Shown piece after piece: positions 14,540 to 16,062 of a DNA stretch of 16,062 nucleotides. A program made the position numbers and the translations under genes. The notes beneath the pieces were generated by a model. The model was not told the DNA's origin. It did no database searches and saw only the letters and a list, made by a program, of their open reading frames with translations. This DNA is from a virus (taxonomy: Duplodnaviria > Heunggongvirae > Uroviricota > Caudoviricetes), in the IMG/VR virus record IMGVR_UViG_2690316131_000008, one strand, 5' to 3'. Position 1 is the stretch's first letter. Each line of letters begins with the position of its first letter.

Positions 14540-14959
14540 TTACTCATCATCAATAGATGATACGCAATATTTATTTTTAAATTTAAGGTTCTTTGGCGTA
14601 ACTTCATCAGAGATATCAAAACCGTCCAGAATTCTATTGAATGTAGCTTCTGGCATATCATCATGAACAGAAATCTCACCCGATCGCTGCTTTCTAACCA
14701 TGTTATCCACTCGCCAAATTATAGCTTCAGCGTAAACAACATAACTTGGATGCTTGATAAAGCGATGATCACCAGAATTCAAGACGCAAGACGGATCGTG
14801 GGGGACACCATCCTTGATACTAGAAATATTAACAACTAAAACACAATAACAATCGTTAACGGGGTAATAAACAGGATCATTACAAATCACATGAAGATGA
14901 TTGCATGGTCCAGTTGGGGCAAGCACAGTTCCTTTCCTGTATGGCTGATAATCCGTCAT
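14540..14959 (-). CDS. Hypothetical protein; candidate toxin/effector partner of the Panacea-domain protein
   Basis: 139 aa, AT-rich, Cys/His-rich (CNHLHVICNDP...CYCVL...HDPSCVL). Start codon overlaps the stop of the upstream Panacea gene (ATGA at 14956-14959). No recognisable domain by eye. Confidence 0.55.
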   Translation of the reverse strand: MTDYQPYRKGTVLAPTGPCNHLHVICNDPVYYPVNDCYCVLVVNISSIKDGVPHDPSCVLNSGDHRFIKHPSYVVYAEAIIWRVDNMVRKQRSGEISVHDDMPEATFNRILDGFDISDEVTPKNLKFKNKYCVSSIDDE

Positions 14960-15528
14960 GATAATTGCAAAGAAAATTCCTTAAGTTTCTGAGATTCTTC
15001 CATTTTGCCAATTATGCGATTAGCCTCATCCTCGCTTTTACCCTCACTGATCAGCATTTCTTTCAGGTCTATAGGCTTACGAGAATTGCCAGGATCGTGC
15101 CACTCTGGACAAACGCTTTCTAAATGCGTCATATTTGCGAGATCAAATCGGTTCATATGCCCATACCGAGAATAGATTTCATCTAAAATCCGGATATCTG
15201 CACGACTCAATTCATCAAAGACCTCGTCTGCATCCATTTCCCTCGGATCTGAACGCAACGATACATTATGCCCGTTCGTCTCTATCAAGTTGTACCAGTA
15301 GTCACCAATGCCTTCAGCCTTACCGCGAATCAAGTTCAGCGTATTCGACATGACTGGTCCAAATTTCATAGAGTAAAGGCTATCTTCGCCGATCATCCTG
15401 CCATGCTTCAAAATCGACTGGCGGTTAGACAGATAGAGCAGCTTCATCAATTTCAGATATGCCATGCGCCCACCTCTCTTAAGAAGTAGGTATGCAGCCA
15501 TTTGAGCTACTTTTTCTTCGCAAAACAT
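14956..15528 (-). CDS. Panacea-domain (DUF4065) protein, PanA/SocA-like putative antitoxin
   Basis: MAYLKLMKLLYLSNRQSILKHGRMIGEDSLYSMKFGPV... parallels the Panacea core (MKLQKLLYFA ... W.YGPV) of SocA/PanA antitoxins. AT-rich; GAGG ~8 nt upstream of the ATG at 15528. Confidence 0.65.
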   Translation of the reverse strand: MFCEEKVAQMAAYLLLKRGGRMAYLKLMKLLYLSNRQSILKHGRMIGEDSLYSMKFGPVMSNTLNLIRGKAEGIGDYWYNLIETNGHNVSLRSDPREMDADEVFDELSRADIRILDEIYSRYGHMNRFDLANMTHLESVCPEWHDPGNSRKPIDLKEMLISEGKSEDEANRIIGKMEESQKLKEFSLQLS

Positions 15529-16062
15529 ATAAGAAACCTCAAAGATAGTGAACTTTATAATTATTCTCGATACTTCATGGGTTGCTTCATCACCAACATG
15601 AGCTTCTTATGGTGTGCCCACTTGGGCCTAAGCAACCAGTTACCTCGTTTGTCAAGTTTATAGCTGGCTTTAACCATGGTCAATTGAAGTGATGAGCAAA
15701 TGATGCTTTCTAAGAATAACAGGTTCCCAATAGGCTCCCACAAAGTGTATAACTACTTGTTTTTCAAAAACGGTACATCCTATCGAGCATTGGTGCAACG
15801 CTAAACCGACCACTCCAGTGAACGTCAGTTTTTTCAGGCATTGCGCTGGTTTGGTTGATTTTTTGCATTTCAGAATTACCGTGCATTTTCAAATGTAGAG
15901 ATTATTTTATCGATATATCAGGTAATGCTGCCAACTTACTGATTTAGTGTATGATGGTGATTTTAAGGTGCTTGCGTGGCTTCCATTTCCATCAGATGTC
16001 CTTCCTGCTCCGCTACTGAAGGCGTGGTGCGTAACGGCAAAAGCACTGCCGGACATCAGCGC

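Noticed and set aside
15561-15743. 60-aa minus-strand ORF upstream of the Panacea gene
   Set aside because: Lies in the likely promoter region of the Panacea operon, has no RBS and an odd composition. Probably non-coding.
15744-16062. tRNA or tmRNA gene as an integration target
   Set aside because: No cloverleaf-like sequence or conserved T-arm motif was recognisable by eye. A tRNAscan-type search would be needed to be sure.

Overview
This window reads as a segment of a lambdoid (lambda-like) prophage from an enterobacterial genome, with the immunity switch in the middle and two divergent early operons. All calls come from reading the ORF translations and the sequence by eye; no searches were run, so family assignments are motif-level recollections. 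Immunity region: a CI-like repressor (7825-8451, +; HTH plus S24 peptidase with GDSM and KKL motifs) faces a Cro/YdaS-like gene (7527-7727, -), and a 16-bp operator-like motif ACTAAG-N4-nTTAGn occurs three times around cI. Minus-strand early-right operon, largely translationally coupled: YdaT/CII-like protein, a small ORF, an O-like replication initiator carrying six ~23-bp iterons inside its coding sequence, a PerC-like protein, a phage Dam-type N6-adenine methyltransferase, a LexA N-terminal-domain-only protein, RusA, a KilA-N protein, a DUF968/HNH-like protein and a phage-82/QuuD-type Q antiterminator. Directly downstream of Q is an AT-rich 205-aa ORF of unknown function (a moron in the position Stx occupies in Stx phages), then a small stand-alone gene bracketed by terminators. 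Plus-strand early-left operon: an HTH protein, an RdgC-like protein, an HD-domain hydrolase, two hypotheticals, an Ea22-like protein, a PD-(D/E)xK-like protein, a DUF551 protein, a DEDDh 3'-5' exonuclease and a PrtN-family excisionase-like protein. The strongest candidate for an undescribed system is a convergent minus-strand operon at 14327-15528: a Panacea-domain (PanA/SocA-like antitoxin) gene overlapping by ATGA an unrecognisable 139-aa protein, followed by a 57-aa ORF. No integrase, lysis cassette, structural genes, tRNA or CRISPR array was found in the window.
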